Notes: generated from the letters alone by a model not told the origin. A stretch of 64,000 bases of DNA from Octopus sinensis (GCF_006345805.1 NC_042998.1:178870001-178934000); one strand, 5' to 3'; counted from the stretch's first letter, positions 35,466 through 48,833 are shown. Made by a program: numbers and translations.

Positions 35466-35999
35466 TTAAAATTATCTCCTTCTAGAGGATGTATCATAAT
35501 GACCAATATGAGAAGGGGAGATAATCTCAAGGAGCAAAATCTCCAGAGTTGATATGCTATTAAGGAAAAGGACAGACTTATTGTCTATAAATAAGAGGTC
35601 AGTGATAATCATGTGTTTCAGCCTAAATAAGTGTTATCAGTATGACATTGTCCTACCTACATGAGCCAATAGCCAAGGTATGCACGCGTCAGCAGTTATC
35701 TCCAGTAGCCAAGCGATTCTACCCCCACTATACATGTGAGTATTTTGTATTATTTGTTACAACAGATCAAGTAACCATGTAGAGTTGTAATTCTCGAATG
35801 TCAGGCGTTTGGGCCCTCAGGGGAATGTATTTCAAAGAGGAATCGCCAATCTGAGAAAGTAGATTGCATAAAATTACGGAATAGAAGACTGGTATGACAC
35901 GGGGAGGAACTTGACCCGGGATCCTGTGAATTACACGCTACATAGGTTTAGATCAGAAATTGAAAAAAATTAATGATGTGACGGCAATAGACTTGAACA

Positions 36000-36455
36000 G
36001 ATATCTCAATTTAGCGACCTCTAAAAATAGGAAGTAAACCGAAAGAAAAATAATGCGTAAAATTAACGAAGAGAGAACATCGTGGAGATGGGGTGGAGTG
36101 AGGGCGAAGATCTGCCGAATAGAAAAGTGTTCGATATTATATTTAAAATAATTAATATGAAAGGATGAGGAAAACAATATTTAAATATAGAAATTTTTTA
36201 ATCGACAATTAAGAACCGATCTCCATAGTACCAAAAACTTTGAAGAAATAAAATTACTAAAATGCTTTCGTACTCACCAAATATTTTTAAATCCTTGTTT
36301 TTAAATATCATAACTATACTTTTATTAAGAATACGTATTAATATCCATTAACTTTCATAGGTTTATTAATTTCGTTTATAAAAGCATTGTTGTACATTCA
36401 TATGAAGACCCGTCACAGAACGTACTCAGGACCAATGATAACAAAGCTCCCAACT

Positions 36456-36489
<34 letters not shown>

Positions 36490-37100
36490 AGGTAAAGATA
36501 TATGTAAATATATGGATATATATTTTACATGCACATATATACGTGTATGTATATATATTGCCAAATTTAAAAAAAATCAAATACCAAAGCTTAATATAGT
36601 AGGAACTTTGTTTTCTTAAATAAACTTCTGAAAGTGTACTCTGCAGACAGATACAACCGCGCGCTCAGAAATCGTAAACGGAGGCAAAAGTTGTTCGAAT
36701 TACTTTGGTGAGTACAGGTAATTTGAATGAATGAATTAATTAATATACCAAATTGATCTCACTTTCTGAAAATTTAGTTCTTCTCAAATTTTCTCATTAC
36801 TTCATTTTAGATGTAGGTTACTTTTAGAATTGAGTAAGTTCTAATCGAAAAGAAATATATTCAAAAATTGATCACGCCTTAGCCATCCCATCGTTCGTTT
36901 GTTTGTGTGTGTGTGTATGTATATATGTATATAAACACCGATACCTGTGTGTGTGTGTGTAAAATTGCGTCTAATGACGCAATGTAATAGGTATATAAAA
37001 TAAGTAGTACTTATATTGGTTTACAACTAAAACTCCGACTTGAATTGTGACTTAAACGAAAGTGTTACTGTACCTACCTAACAGTAAATGACTATTAGTG
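36000..37100. promoter_or_regulatory. Putative divergent promoter region
   Basis: Visibly CpG-retaining, non-repetitive stretch; outward-facing donors TTTG|gtgagtac at 36707 (+) and 36278 (-). Confidence 0.4.
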
Positions 37101-37353
37101 GTCCTCTTCGAGCAGGTGTGTGTGTGTACGTATATATATATATATATTATATATATATTATATATATTATATATATATATATTATATATATATTATATAT
37201 ATTATATATATATATTATATATATTATATATATATTATTATATATATTATATATATTATATATATATATTATATATATATACATATATATATTTGATTTT
37301 TGATTTTTGATTTTTCTAGTTTCAGCTAATGAGCTGTGGCCATGCTGGGGCAC

Positions 37354-37396
<43 letters not shown>

Positions 37397-38042
37397 GAAA
37401 AATGAACATGTAAAACGTGGTATCATTTCAGAGAATGTAATTTATAATTTAGACAGTTACTATTATGCAAGTGTCGAAAGTCCAAAACGTTGCTTTTTCA
37501 GAAAGCGAAAAGATAGTTTCACTATTCCGTAGCAGTACTTTGACAATTTTTGATATCTTGGTATCTGAAGCAGCTGGAGATACAATAGTTTGACCAAAAG
37601 AACCGCCCATTACAAGCAAAAATAAATAAATGGAAAAAGAAACGCATTTGGCCAAATTTGGGACATACGACAGTTTAACATAATAGCAACGAAGCATAAT
37701 TGTAGAGCTGTTACAGTGGAGTTTTAGGGGTAGAAAGTATAATATAAGTAAGGGAGTAAGAACTTGTGCATATAGTCTACTGCTTGCTGTTTCTAGAATT
37801 GCTGTGCAAATGGTACATATTTCCGCGTAAAAGCCGACAAAGCTGTCTTCAGAAAGGAAGAATTGAAAAATATCCTTACTAAAAGTTAGTAGTTACTAGT
37901 TCCATTATCGAAGACAGAATGAATTAGATTATGGGTGGAAGACTTGTGAGGAATAAAGGACAGTATGAAAAAAGATAGTCGGGAATGTATGAGACTAGAT
38001 AGAGATTGGTATAGTGAAGGCAAATATAACTTAAGCATCAGA

Positions 38043-38515
38043 GGGATCATCATCATCATCATCGTTTAACGTCCGTTTTCCGCGCTAGCACGGGTTGGAC
38101 GGTTTGACCGGAGTCTGGGAAGCCATAAGGCTGCACCAGGCTCCAGTCTGATCTGGCAGTGTTTCTACAGGTGGATGCCCTTCCTAACGCCAACCACTCC
38201 GCGAGTGTAGTGGGTGCCTTTTACGTGCCACCTGCACAGGTGCCGGGGGGGGGGCGTCTGGCATCGGCCATGATCGGTTGGTGCTTTTTATGTGCCACCG
38301 GCATGGAAGCCAGCCAAGGCGGCGCTGGCATCGGCCACGTTTGGATGGTGCTTTTTATGTGCCACCGGCACAGAAGCCAGTCAAGGCGGCACTGGCAACG
38401 GCCACGTTTCGGATGGTGCTTTTTATGTGCCACCGACACAGGTATCACAACTGCTATTTCCATTGATATATGTTTCGATGTTCGTGTACATGCACTTGAC
38501 TCAACAGGTCTCCTC
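38043..38515 (-). mobile_element. RTE 3'UTR remnant with about four pseudoknot units
   Basis: (CAT)n start, reverse complement of the 4110 family, repeated ggtgctttttatgtgccaccggca. Confidence 0.9.
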
Positions 38516-38560
38516 GATATATATATATATAATATATATATATATTATATATATAGAAGG

Positions 38561-38611
38561 AGCTTCTACAGGACTAGAACTGTTTCATTCAAGAGAAATC
38601 TTCAGGAAGCT
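38561..38611 (-). ncRNA. Type I hammerhead ribozyme (family C), copy 1
   Basis: AGCUUC-CUGAAGA-UUUCUCUUGAAU-GAAAC-AG(UUCUAGUC)CU-GUA-GAAGCU; 6-bp stem I, weak stem II. Confidence 0.7.
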
Positions 38612-39149
38612 AGTTAACAGGAATTGTATTGGCATTTATACATTTAGGCAGGTTTAAAGGGGTGTTGGTGGGGGACTTTTTGGGGGTAGGCATAGCGCAA
38701 AATATCATACTTGGGGGAGTGGTCAAGGAGTCAGTGTTAAATTAGATAGAAGAATAATAAAAAAATAAAAAAATATATATAAAAAAAAAGGAATAGAGTT
38801 TTAGGTAAATAAGGAGATTCTCACTTATACCTATGCACATATGTATACATATATACACACACACACACATATATACATATATATATACACTTACACATAC
38901 ATATACATATCTACACATACTCATATATGTATACATACACACACTCACATGCATACACGTATACACACATGTATATATACACACACGACCACACATACAT
39001 ATACACACAGAAAAATATACATACACATACACACACATACTCACATACACGCATACACACACATATCCACACACACACATGCACACACAGCACACTAGTC
39101 CCTATATACACATATATACACATACACACATATATACACACACATACAT

Positions 39150-39189
<40 letters not shown>

Positions 39190-39200
39190 TATATAGAAGG

Positions 39201-39251
39201 AGCTTCTACAGGACTAGAACTGTTTCATTCAAGAGAAATCTTCAGGAAGCT
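39201..39251 (-). ncRNA. Type I hammerhead ribozyme (family C), copy 2
   Basis: Identical to copy 1 and exactly 640 nt away. Confidence 0.7.
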
Positions 39252-39787
39252 AGTTAACAGGAATTGTATTGGCATTTATACATTTAGGCAGGTTTAAAGG
39301 GGTGTTGGTGGGGGACTTTTTGGGGGTAGGCATAGCGCAAAATATCATACTTGGGGGAGTGGTCAAGGAGTCAGTGTTAAATTAGATAGAAGAATAAATA
39401 AAAAAATAAAAAAATATATATAAAAAAAAGGGAATAGAGTTTTAGGTAAATAAGGAGATTCTCACTTATACCTATGCACATATGTATACATATATACACA
39501 CACACACACACATATATACATATATATATACACTTACACATACATATACATATCTACACATACTCATATATGTATACATACACACACTCACATGCATACA
39601 CGTATACACACATGTATATATACACACACGACCACACATACATATACACACAGAAAAATATACATACACATACACACACATACTCACATACACGCATACA
39701 CACACATATCACACACACACATGCACACACAGCACACTAGTCCCTATATACACATATATACACATACACACATATATACACACATAC

Positions 39788-39818
<31 letters not shown>

Positions 39819-40524
39819 ATATACATACATATGTGTACCTATGCATACCTACACATACACACATATATATACACATACAAATACAGACCCATTCCCTAAT
39901 TTTAATTTTATTATCTTCATTTATTACTTTTGTTATCTTTGACCGCTGGTCACAAACATCTTGGCTATGACAGCCAGGCCATTTATCTGTCTACTGGAAG
40001 ACAAGCACTCATTCACTCACGCACACTCTTTAGCACTTACACTCACTCATTCGTACACTCATACACATACACGCACGCACGCGTTATATTCATACATACA
40101 TACATCTACATACATTCACGTATATACACATACGTACGCGTACCTACAGATTCATGCCTACACTCTTAGAAGGCTAGTCTATACATATACACCAATAAAT
40201 ATAAATGCACACACATACATATACACCTACATACAAATACATACATGTATATATATATATATATATTCACATATATATACATATATATATATACATATAT
40301 ATATTATACATACATACATATACACATATATATATACACACATACACATACATACATATACACACATACACATACATACGTATACATACATACATCCATA
40401 CATCCATACATACATACATTTACACATACACCCACACCTGTATACATATACATACATATATATACGCGCATGCATACACATACAAATACATACACATACG
40501 CATATACATAACATACATACATAT

Positions 40525-40579
<55 letters not shown>

Positions 40580-40942
40580 ATATATATTATACATACACAC
40601 ACATACATATACATACTACATATACAAATATACGCACACACATACATACATACTCATATACACATACACGCACATACACATGTACATGCGTACCCATACA
40701 CACACACAAGCGCGGCATTCATATATACACATAAGTACACACATGCGTAAAAGTATACATATATCTATGCTTACACATCCACACACACACCTTCATACTT
40801 ACATGCATGCTCAAAAATAAGTAAATAGTAAAATATATATACGCGCAGTTATTCATACATGCATACTCAAAAAATAAATAATAAATATTAAGTATATGTA
40901 CGTGCAGTTACCTATTATATACGGATACATACATATAAACTT

Positions 40943-41017
<75 letters not shown>

Positions 41018-41022
41018 TACAC

Positions 41023-41082
<60 letters not shown>

Positions 41083-42180
41083 AAGTTTATATGTATGTAT
41101 CCGTCTATATAATAGGTAACTGCACGTACATATACTTAATATTTATTATTTATTTTTTGAGTATGCATGTATGAATAACTGCGCGTATATATATTTTACT
41201 ATTTACTTATTTTTTGAGTATGATGTAAGTATGAATATAAGGAGGCACGTGTGTGTGTGTGGATGTGTAAGCATAGATATATGTATACTTTTACGCATGT
41301 GTGGTACTTATGTGTATATATGGATGCGCGCGTGTGTTGTGTGTGTATGGGTACGCATGTACATGTGTATGTGCGTGTATGTGTATATGAGTATGTATGT
41401 ATGTGTGTGCGTATTTGATATGTATGTATGTATATTATGTGTGTGTATGTATATATATATATAATATATATATATATATGTGTGTGTATATGTATGTATG
41501 TATATGTATATGCGTATGTGTATGTATTTGTATGTGTATGCATGCGCGTATATATATTGTATATGTATACGTGTGGGTGTGTGTATGTATGGATGTATGT
41601 ATGTATGTATGTGTATGTGTGATATGTATGTATGTGTATGTGTGTATATATATAGGTTGTATTGTATGTATGTGTGTATATATATGTGTGTATGTATGTA
41701 TGTATATATATAATATGTATATATATATTGTATATATATGTGAATATATATATATATATATATACATGTATGTATTTGTATGTAGGTGTATATGTATGTG
41801 TGTGTATTTATATTTATTGGTGTATATGTATAGACTAGCCTTCTAAGAGTGTAGACATGAATCTGTAGGTACGCGTACGTATGTGTATATACGTGAATGT
41901 ATGTAGATGTATGTATGTATGAATATAACGCGTGCGTGCGTTATGTGTATGAGTGTACGAATGAGTGAGTGTAAGTGCTAAAGAGTGTGCGTGAGTGAAT
42001 GAGTGCTTGTTTTCCAGTAGACAGATAATGGACTGGCTGTTATAGCCAAGATGTTTGTGACCAGCGGTCAAAGATAACAAAAGTATAAATGAAGATAATA
42101 AAATTAAAATTAGGGAATGGGTCTGTATTTGTTGTGTATATATGTGTGTATGTGTAGGTATGCATAGGTCACATATGTTG

Positions 42181-42211
<31 letters not shown>

Positions 42212-43556
42212 ATGTATGTGTGTGTATGTAATATATATATATATATATATATATATTATTTGTGGTATATGTATGTATGTAGATGTATATGCGTATGTGT
42301 ATGTATTTGTATGTGTATGCATGCGGTATATATATGTATGTATATGTATACGGTGGGTGTGTGTATGTATGGATATGTATGTAGTATGTGTATGTGTGTA
42401 TATGTATGTATGTGTATGTGTGTATATATATATGATGTGTATTATGTATGTGTGTATATATATATGTGTATATGTATGTATGTATATATATATATGTATA
42501 TATATATATGTATATATATGTGAATATATATATATATATATATACATGTATGTATTTGTATGTAGGTGTTATATGTATGTGTGTGTATTTATATTTATTG
42601 GTGTATATGTATAGACTAGCCTTCTAAGAGTGTAGACATGAATCTTAGGTACGCGTACGTATGTGTATATACGTGAATGTATGTAGATGTTGTATGTATG
42701 AATATAACGCGTGCGTGCGTGTATGTGTATGAGTGTACGATGAGTGAGTGTAAGTGCTAAAGAGTGTGCGTGAGTGAATGAGTGCTTGTTTTCCAGTAGA
42801 CAGATAAATGGACTGGCTGTTATAGCCAAGATGTTTGTGACCAGCGGTCAAAGATAACAAAAGTAATAATGAAGATAATAAAATTAAATTAGGGAATGGG
42901 TCTGTATTTGTATGTTGTATATATATGTGTGTATGTGTAGGTATGCATAGGTACACATATGTATGTATATATATATATATATATATGTGTATATGTATGG
43001 TTTGTATATTATGTGTGTATGTGTATATATGTGTAATATAGGACTAGTGTGCTGTGTGTGCATGTGTGTGTGTGGATATGTGTGTGTATGCGTGTATGTG
43101 AGTATGTGTGTATGTGTATATATATTTTTCTGTGTGTATATGTATGTGTGGTCGTGTGTGTATATATACATGTGTGTATACGTGTATGCATGTGAGTGTG
43201 TGTATGTATACATATATGAGTATGTGTAGATATGTATATGTATGTTAAGTGTATATATATATATGTATATATGTGTGTGTGTATAATGTAATGTATATAT
43301 GTTTGTATGTGTGGTATATATGTATACATATGTGCATAGGTATAAGTGAGAATCTCCTTATTTACCTAAAACTCTATTCCCTTTTTTTTTATATATATTT
43401 TTTATTTTTTTATTTATTCTTCTATCTAATTTAACACTGACTCCTTGACCACTCCCCCAAGTATGATATTTGCGCTATGCCTACCCCAAAAGTCCCCCAC
43501 CAACACCCCTTTAAACCTGCCTAAATGTATAAATGCCAATACAATTCTTGTTAACT

Positions 43557-43607
43557 AGCTTCCTGAAGATTTCTCTTGAATGAAACAGTTCTAGTCCTGT
43601 AGAAGCT
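43557..43607 (+). ncRNA. Type I hammerhead ribozyme (family C), copy 3
   Basis: Identical motif at the outer end of the right palindrome arm. Confidence 0.65.
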
Positions 43608-43727
43608 CCTCTATATAATAAATTAATTTTACTCTGCTATGTATTGAGTACCTTATTTACTGTGGTTAACCCCGAATCAACCCGGGACCTACATATATAT
43701 ATATATATATATATTTCTTTATTGCCT

Positions 43728-43945
43728 ACAAGGTGCTTAAACATAGAGGGGAAAAACAAGGGCAGACAAAGGGATAAGTTGATTACATCAACTCCAGTGC
43801 GAAACGGGTACTTTTATTTATCGACCCTGAAAGGATGAAAGGCAAAGTTGACCTCGGCGGAATTTGAACTCAGAATGTAGCGACAGACGAAATATTGCTA
43901 AGCATTTCGCCCGGCATGCTAACGTGCCTTTCAGCTTGCCACCCT
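43728..43945 (-). mobile_element. Nin/Deu-domain SINE
   Basis: Reverse complement of the 35229 family. Confidence 0.85.
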
Positions 43946-44482
43946 ATATGAGATATATATATATATATATATATATAAACACATACAGACACACACATAA
44001 TAGTACCAAACTGAACCAACAAATTCATTCTTTGAGTAGCAAAAGTTATAGAATCATAGAGGTGCAGATGCCATTGGATTTTGAATGTTGTAGTTCATGA
44101 AAATGTTTTTTTCTGATGATGTAATGTCTCCATTAATCAATTAAAAAGTCATTGGAAACAACTGTAAGGAATTGACACATTATCCCTCTGTTATTTATTT
44201 ACTTATTTACCTCTCTTGGAATCAGCACATTGTGTAAATTCTAAGTATATTATGGACTGTACATTTTGTACAATGTGTACTTAGACTCAGGGCTATGGTA
44301 TACTCATATGGGTACAATTAATTGTATATGTAACCTGAATATCTTTCTGTCTGTACTTTGGTACTGATATATGTATTCAGTCCTTTATTCTTGTGTACAA
44401 ATCTTACTTTTTGACCCACCTGGTGCCTTATCATTTATATATATATCTATAAAATAATATGTTACAATTATTCAATAGTCAA

Positions 44483-44543
44483 GATAAAACTCTGAGTTTC
44501 GGATGCCGAAGTGGAAATCCACAACACCATCTCTTCAGTTATC
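44483..44543 (-). ncRNA. Type I hammerhead ribozyme (family D)
   Basis: GAUAA-CUGAAGA-GAUG..(GUGG/CCAC inner hairpin)..CAUCC-GAAAC-UCAGA-GUU-UUAUC; stem I GAUAA/UUAUC; near-palindromic stem III. Confidence 0.7.
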
Positions 44544-44566
44544 TGGGCATCTGAAAAACGCTACCA

Positions 44567-44597
<31 letters not shown>

Positions 44598-44879
44598 CAT
44601 GAACATATGTATATATACATACACACACACATATATATTAAAAATGGGGAAGGCCAGTTTATAGGATTACCTTAGATTTCCCGCCCATAAAGGGTTTAAC
44701 TTTATGGCAAATTGTCAGATCCTAAAAACCTGTTGGCCCAAGACTTATATATATAAAAGAGGTAGGATACTGAAATATTTGTATGTATATATATAAAAAT
44801 GTATGTGTGAGTATTTTGGTATGTATATGTGTCAGTGTATGTATGTATGTATATATATATATATGTATTGGTATGTGTG

Positions 44880-45130
44880 TGTTGGCACTTGTGCCAGTGG
44901 CACATGTACAGAACATTCGAGCATGGCCGTTGCCAGTACCACCAGACTGGCCCTTGTGTCGGTGGCATCTAAAAGCACCCACTACACTATGAGTGGTTGG
45001 TGTTAGGAAGGGAATCCAGCTGTAGAAACTCTGCCAGATCAGATTGGAGCCTGGCACAGCCATCTGGTTCGCCAGTCCTCAGTCAAATTGTCCAACCCAT
45101 GGAAAGCAGACGTTAAATGATGATGATGAT
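44880..45130 (+). mobile_element. RTE 3'UTR remnant with (GAT)n tail
   Basis: Family terminal motif. Confidence 0.8.
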
Positions 45131-45369
45131 ATATAAAATTAATATGAACAGCAGTTTGCAATGTTTCACCAAAAAGGAGAATTACATTGCTAGAAATGAG
45201 AGATAAGATGCTCTAATGCCACCTGACTGGCACCCATGCCGGTGGCATGTAAAAATCACTATCCGAACATGGTCAATGCCAGTACCACCTGTCTGGCCCT
45301 TGTGCCGGTGGCATTACACCCTCAGAGTGGTTGGCATTAGGGAGGGCATCCAGCTGTAGCAACAATCAT

Positions 45370-45860
45370 GCTCGAATGGTGCTTTTTATGTGTCACTGTC
45401 ACGGAACTAGTCAGGCAGCACTGGCATCAACCATGCTTGAATGGTGCTTTTTACATACCATTGGCTTGAGTGCTAATCAGGTGGTACTGTCATCGGCTAC
45501 AACAAGGACTTCACTTGACTCAACAGGTCTTCACAAGCACGGTTTATTGCCCAATGATTGAAGGGTACTCTTAGAGGGCTGGTTATGCTGCACTGGCATA
45601 GGCCACAGGTTATGGTCTCACTTGGCTTGCCAGGTCTTCTCAAGCACAGCATATCTCTAAAGGTTTCAATCACTTGTCATCGCTTCTGTGAGGCCCAACA
45701 TTCGAAGGTTGTGCTTCATCACCTCATCCCAGGTCTTCTTGAGTTCCCCTCTTCCACAGGTTCCCTCTCCTGCTAGGGTGTCTCACATTTTTGCACAGTT
45801 GTCCTCATCCATATGTAACACATGACTATAGCACCACAGTCGTCTCTCTTGCACACCACC
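45370..45860 (-). mobile_element. RTE C-terminal and 3'UTR fragment
   Basis: GR..KTWDEVMKHNLRMLGLTEAMT-like frame, followed by UTR repeats. Confidence 0.75.
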
Positions 45861-46485
45861 AAGATTTATTTAGTTCTATACCAATTACAAATGTGCCAAA
45901 ACTCAAAACTTTTAGATTTAACTAAGTCTGAAAACTCTGGAATTGACTCTTTGTGACATGTAACAAAATAGGCTTTACATAAATATTTAAAAAATTTGTC
46001 AAAAGGAAAAAGTTGTTTTTTTTCCCAAGAACCTGTAAGAAGTTGGTAACTGCTATACCATGCTCACTATTGATTTGTGTAATTTGAAGATGATTATAGT
46101 GATACCTACTTGAAGGATCTTGTACATCTTCCTCATACAAACACAACTTCCTCTGTTAAAGGCATTTCGTCTGTCTTTACATTGTGAGTTAAAATTCTGT
46201 TGAGGCTGACTATGCCTTTCATCTTTTGGGTTTGATAAAATTAGTACCAGTTAAGTATTGAGGTCGATGTAATCAACTTACCCTCACCTCCAAACATGCT
46301 GGCCTTGTGCCAGAATTTGAAACCAATAATTGTAGATTATAATAAAGTGTAAAAAGCATGAAATACAAAATCTACAATAACATTCGAGTTCTATATTTGT
46401 TTATGAAGTTTGTACCTTTTGTTTTTATACCAATTCTACCTTTTCCATTTACCATGTTGTCTAATTTTATTGCAGGAACTTTGAA

Positions 46486-46554
46486 ATGATGTATGATTGG
46501 ACACGATTAAAGAGCAGCTGCTGCAACAGTTCAAGTTTACCATTTTCAAACTAA
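46486..46554 (+). other. Out-of-frame uORF (22 aa) in the leader of the SIMC1-like exon
   Basis: Acceptor ttttattgcag at 46475; ATG ATG...TAA ends 26 nt before the main ATG. Confidence 0.45.
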
Positions 46555-46580
46555 GAAAATAAGCATTTGGTTGGATAAAT

Positions 46581-47898
46581 ATGAAGTCTAGTGGTGATCA
46601 TTGTATTATTTTGTCTGATTCCAGTTCTGAGTGGAGTTCTCTACCTGATTTAACAGAGCTTTCAGATACAGAGGATCTGTTTCTGCCGGGATTTAACCAA
46701 CCAAAATCTTGTACAGGGACTAAAATTGATCCTGACTTTGTAATAGAAGTTGATGATGACTCTGATAATCAAGAAAATGATGTTATTTTGATTGAGGATA
46801 CAAATGATGACACCAAAAATTCTTTTTGTGCAGTACCAGAAAGGAAACCCAACACAAACTGTGTAGCAGATGTTTATGTTCCAAGACGGAAAATCAAAAA
46901 ATGTTTGTTTGTTCCTTATTTATTTCAGTCTCCGTCAACCGATGTGATAAAATATGGTAAAAGCTTACAACTTCAGTCTTTGTTGTCTATGACACTTATT
47001 TGTTCATACGTTGAAGAAGGGACTGCATTTGCCAATTATACAGCTTATATTACCGATGTTTTATATAACTGCAAACCTGATATTTCCATTTCCAAAAGCT
47101 TATTTAAATTACTTATATCAATCAACTCCGATAAATCTCACAAAATGAATGAATTTCTTCATTTGTCTTCTTCTGAAACCTGTCGACTTCTTAATGTTAT
47201 TTGTCACCGTTACCCAGAAAACATCAGGTTCGTCTGGTCTGAGTTTTTAGAGATAGCAAAGGAGACACCAATGTCATTAATTAACTTGTTTTTTGTTGTT
47301 GAACTTTCTCTGAGTGTTTTTGAGTCTGAGCTGAATGAAATTATTTCCTCAAAAACCACTGAAACAAAAAAATTCCAGACTTATAAAATACTTGCCAATG
47401 AAGAAGCTCATTCCTCTGTTATGTGCATAATTACAATGTTGAAGTATTCTTTTGATAATTTACAAGAAGGAAGTTCTGATGTGTTAGAAATCCTAATTCA
47501 TAAGTTGCAAAAATTACTAGAAATTTCTGTATATATTAGTTGCAAAAGTATTTCAATGGCTGAACATATTGCTAAACATCTTGTCAGTTTATACAATAGC
47601 CTTCCTCAGTTAAAATATCGTATCAAATTGATTAGATCTATCAAATCAGAGTTGATACGATTTAAAATGCTGGAAACTATTTTGGTATTGTATTATGATA
47701 GCATAACGTTACAATGGGATGAAATGCCCGTTTCTTTTACTAGTCTAGCAGAATGTTTCTTTCAGGCCCTCCCACGGAAAAATTTTATGCTTAATACTAA
47801 AAGCGACGCCGAAGTTATATCATACCATGAACTATCTTGTGAAGAACTTATCATGATCATATATTACACAGTCAACAGCTATATCCTTTATTTACAAC
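46581..47898 (+). CDS. SIMC1: SIMC1-like protein (SUMO-interacting motifs, Nse5-like helical domain), large first coding exon
   Basis: Non-repetitive 439-codon frame with an in-frame upstream stop; three SIM-like motifs (IILSDSSSE, VIEVDDDSD, VILIEDTNDD). LQKLLEISV...IRSIKSELIRFKMLETIL resembles, from memory, human SIMC1 LQRLLSIAV...TTMESHLLRCKVLEII. Donor C|gtaagt at 47898. The gene call is firm; the identity is recall-based. Confidence 0.65.
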
Positions 47899-48048
47899 GT
47901 AAGTCAAGCGGTTTTTTTTTGGTTCTTTTTTTGTGTCATTTTGCTATTTATTTGTGTTATTATTTAGAACCAGGTCTTCATTGAACAGGTCTATGATAAA
48001 TGTTGTTCCAGCTCTGACCATTCCGTCTTAGGATTAGTAAGTATTATA

Positions 48049-48445
48049 CAGGCGCAAGCATGACTGTGTAATAAGAAGCTTGCTTCCCAACCACATGTTC
48101 CAGGTTCAGTCTCACTGCATGTCACCTTGGGCAAGTGTCTTCTACTTTAACCTCGGGCCGACAAAAACCTTGCGAGTGAATTAGGTAGATGGAAACTGAA
48201 AGAAGCCTATTGTGTGTGTGTGTGTGTGTGTGTATGTACTTGTGTGGGTGTCTTTGTGTTTGTTTCCCCACCATCACTTGACAACTGATGTTGGTGTGTT
48301 TATGACCCCTGTAACTTATAACTTAGCAGTTCAGCAAAAGAGAACAATAGAATAAGTACTTGGGGTTAATTTCTTCGACTAAAACCCTTCAAGGCAGTGC
48401 TTTAGCATGGGAGCATTCAAATGACTGAAATGTGTAAAAGAATAA
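48049..48445 (+). mobile_element. CORE-type SINE
   Basis: Family match to 12798. Confidence 0.85.
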
Positions 48446-48606
48446 AAACAAATATCTGGAACTACAATATTTAATGTTTTCATTCTATTGTAAGATGTAA
48501 CAGTTTCACTGCTGGTATTATATGTACAGACAAAAACAAGCATTCTTAAAAATTCATATAACCTACTAACGGATAATGTATATAAACGCAGACATGTTGA
48601 GTGATT

Positions 48607-48833
48607 ACCCCTTTTGATACTAACCCGCCTGAAACTGCCCCTGGCTCTGTAGTACAAATGTCTTATTTTCAAAAATTCTGCATTAAAATCTTCCACCAAA
48701 CCTTAGTCACAATTTATGTTCCTAACACTAGCTTAATGATTACTAAGTTATTTTACTAAATTCTTTGTTACATTTAAAATTAATTGAAAGAAACACAGAG
48801 CATCTCAAAATAAATTTGGTAATGAAAGGGTTA
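48607..48833. mobile_element. piggyBac-like MITE
   Basis: ccctttt...aaaggg|TTAA ends; left TTAA mutated. Confidence 0.55.

Larger units (their letters stand above)
38545..43620. repeat. Imperfect palindrome of about 5 kb centred on (TA)n, with internal tandem duplications
   Basis: 41077-43620 is the reverse complement of 38545-40948; the left arm has a 640-bp tandem and the right arm a tandem of about 780 bp; differences are mostly 1-nt indels. Confidence 0.9.

Noticed and set aside
35490-35761. TG...CA-bounded segment with a TATA-like motif, as a possible solo LTR
   Set aside because: No target-site duplication and no second copy in the window.
47899-47984. Hydrophobic C-terminal tail of ORF 46581-47984 suggesting a membrane anchor
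   Set aside because: It begins exactly at a consensus donor (gtaagt) and is T-rich intron sequence.
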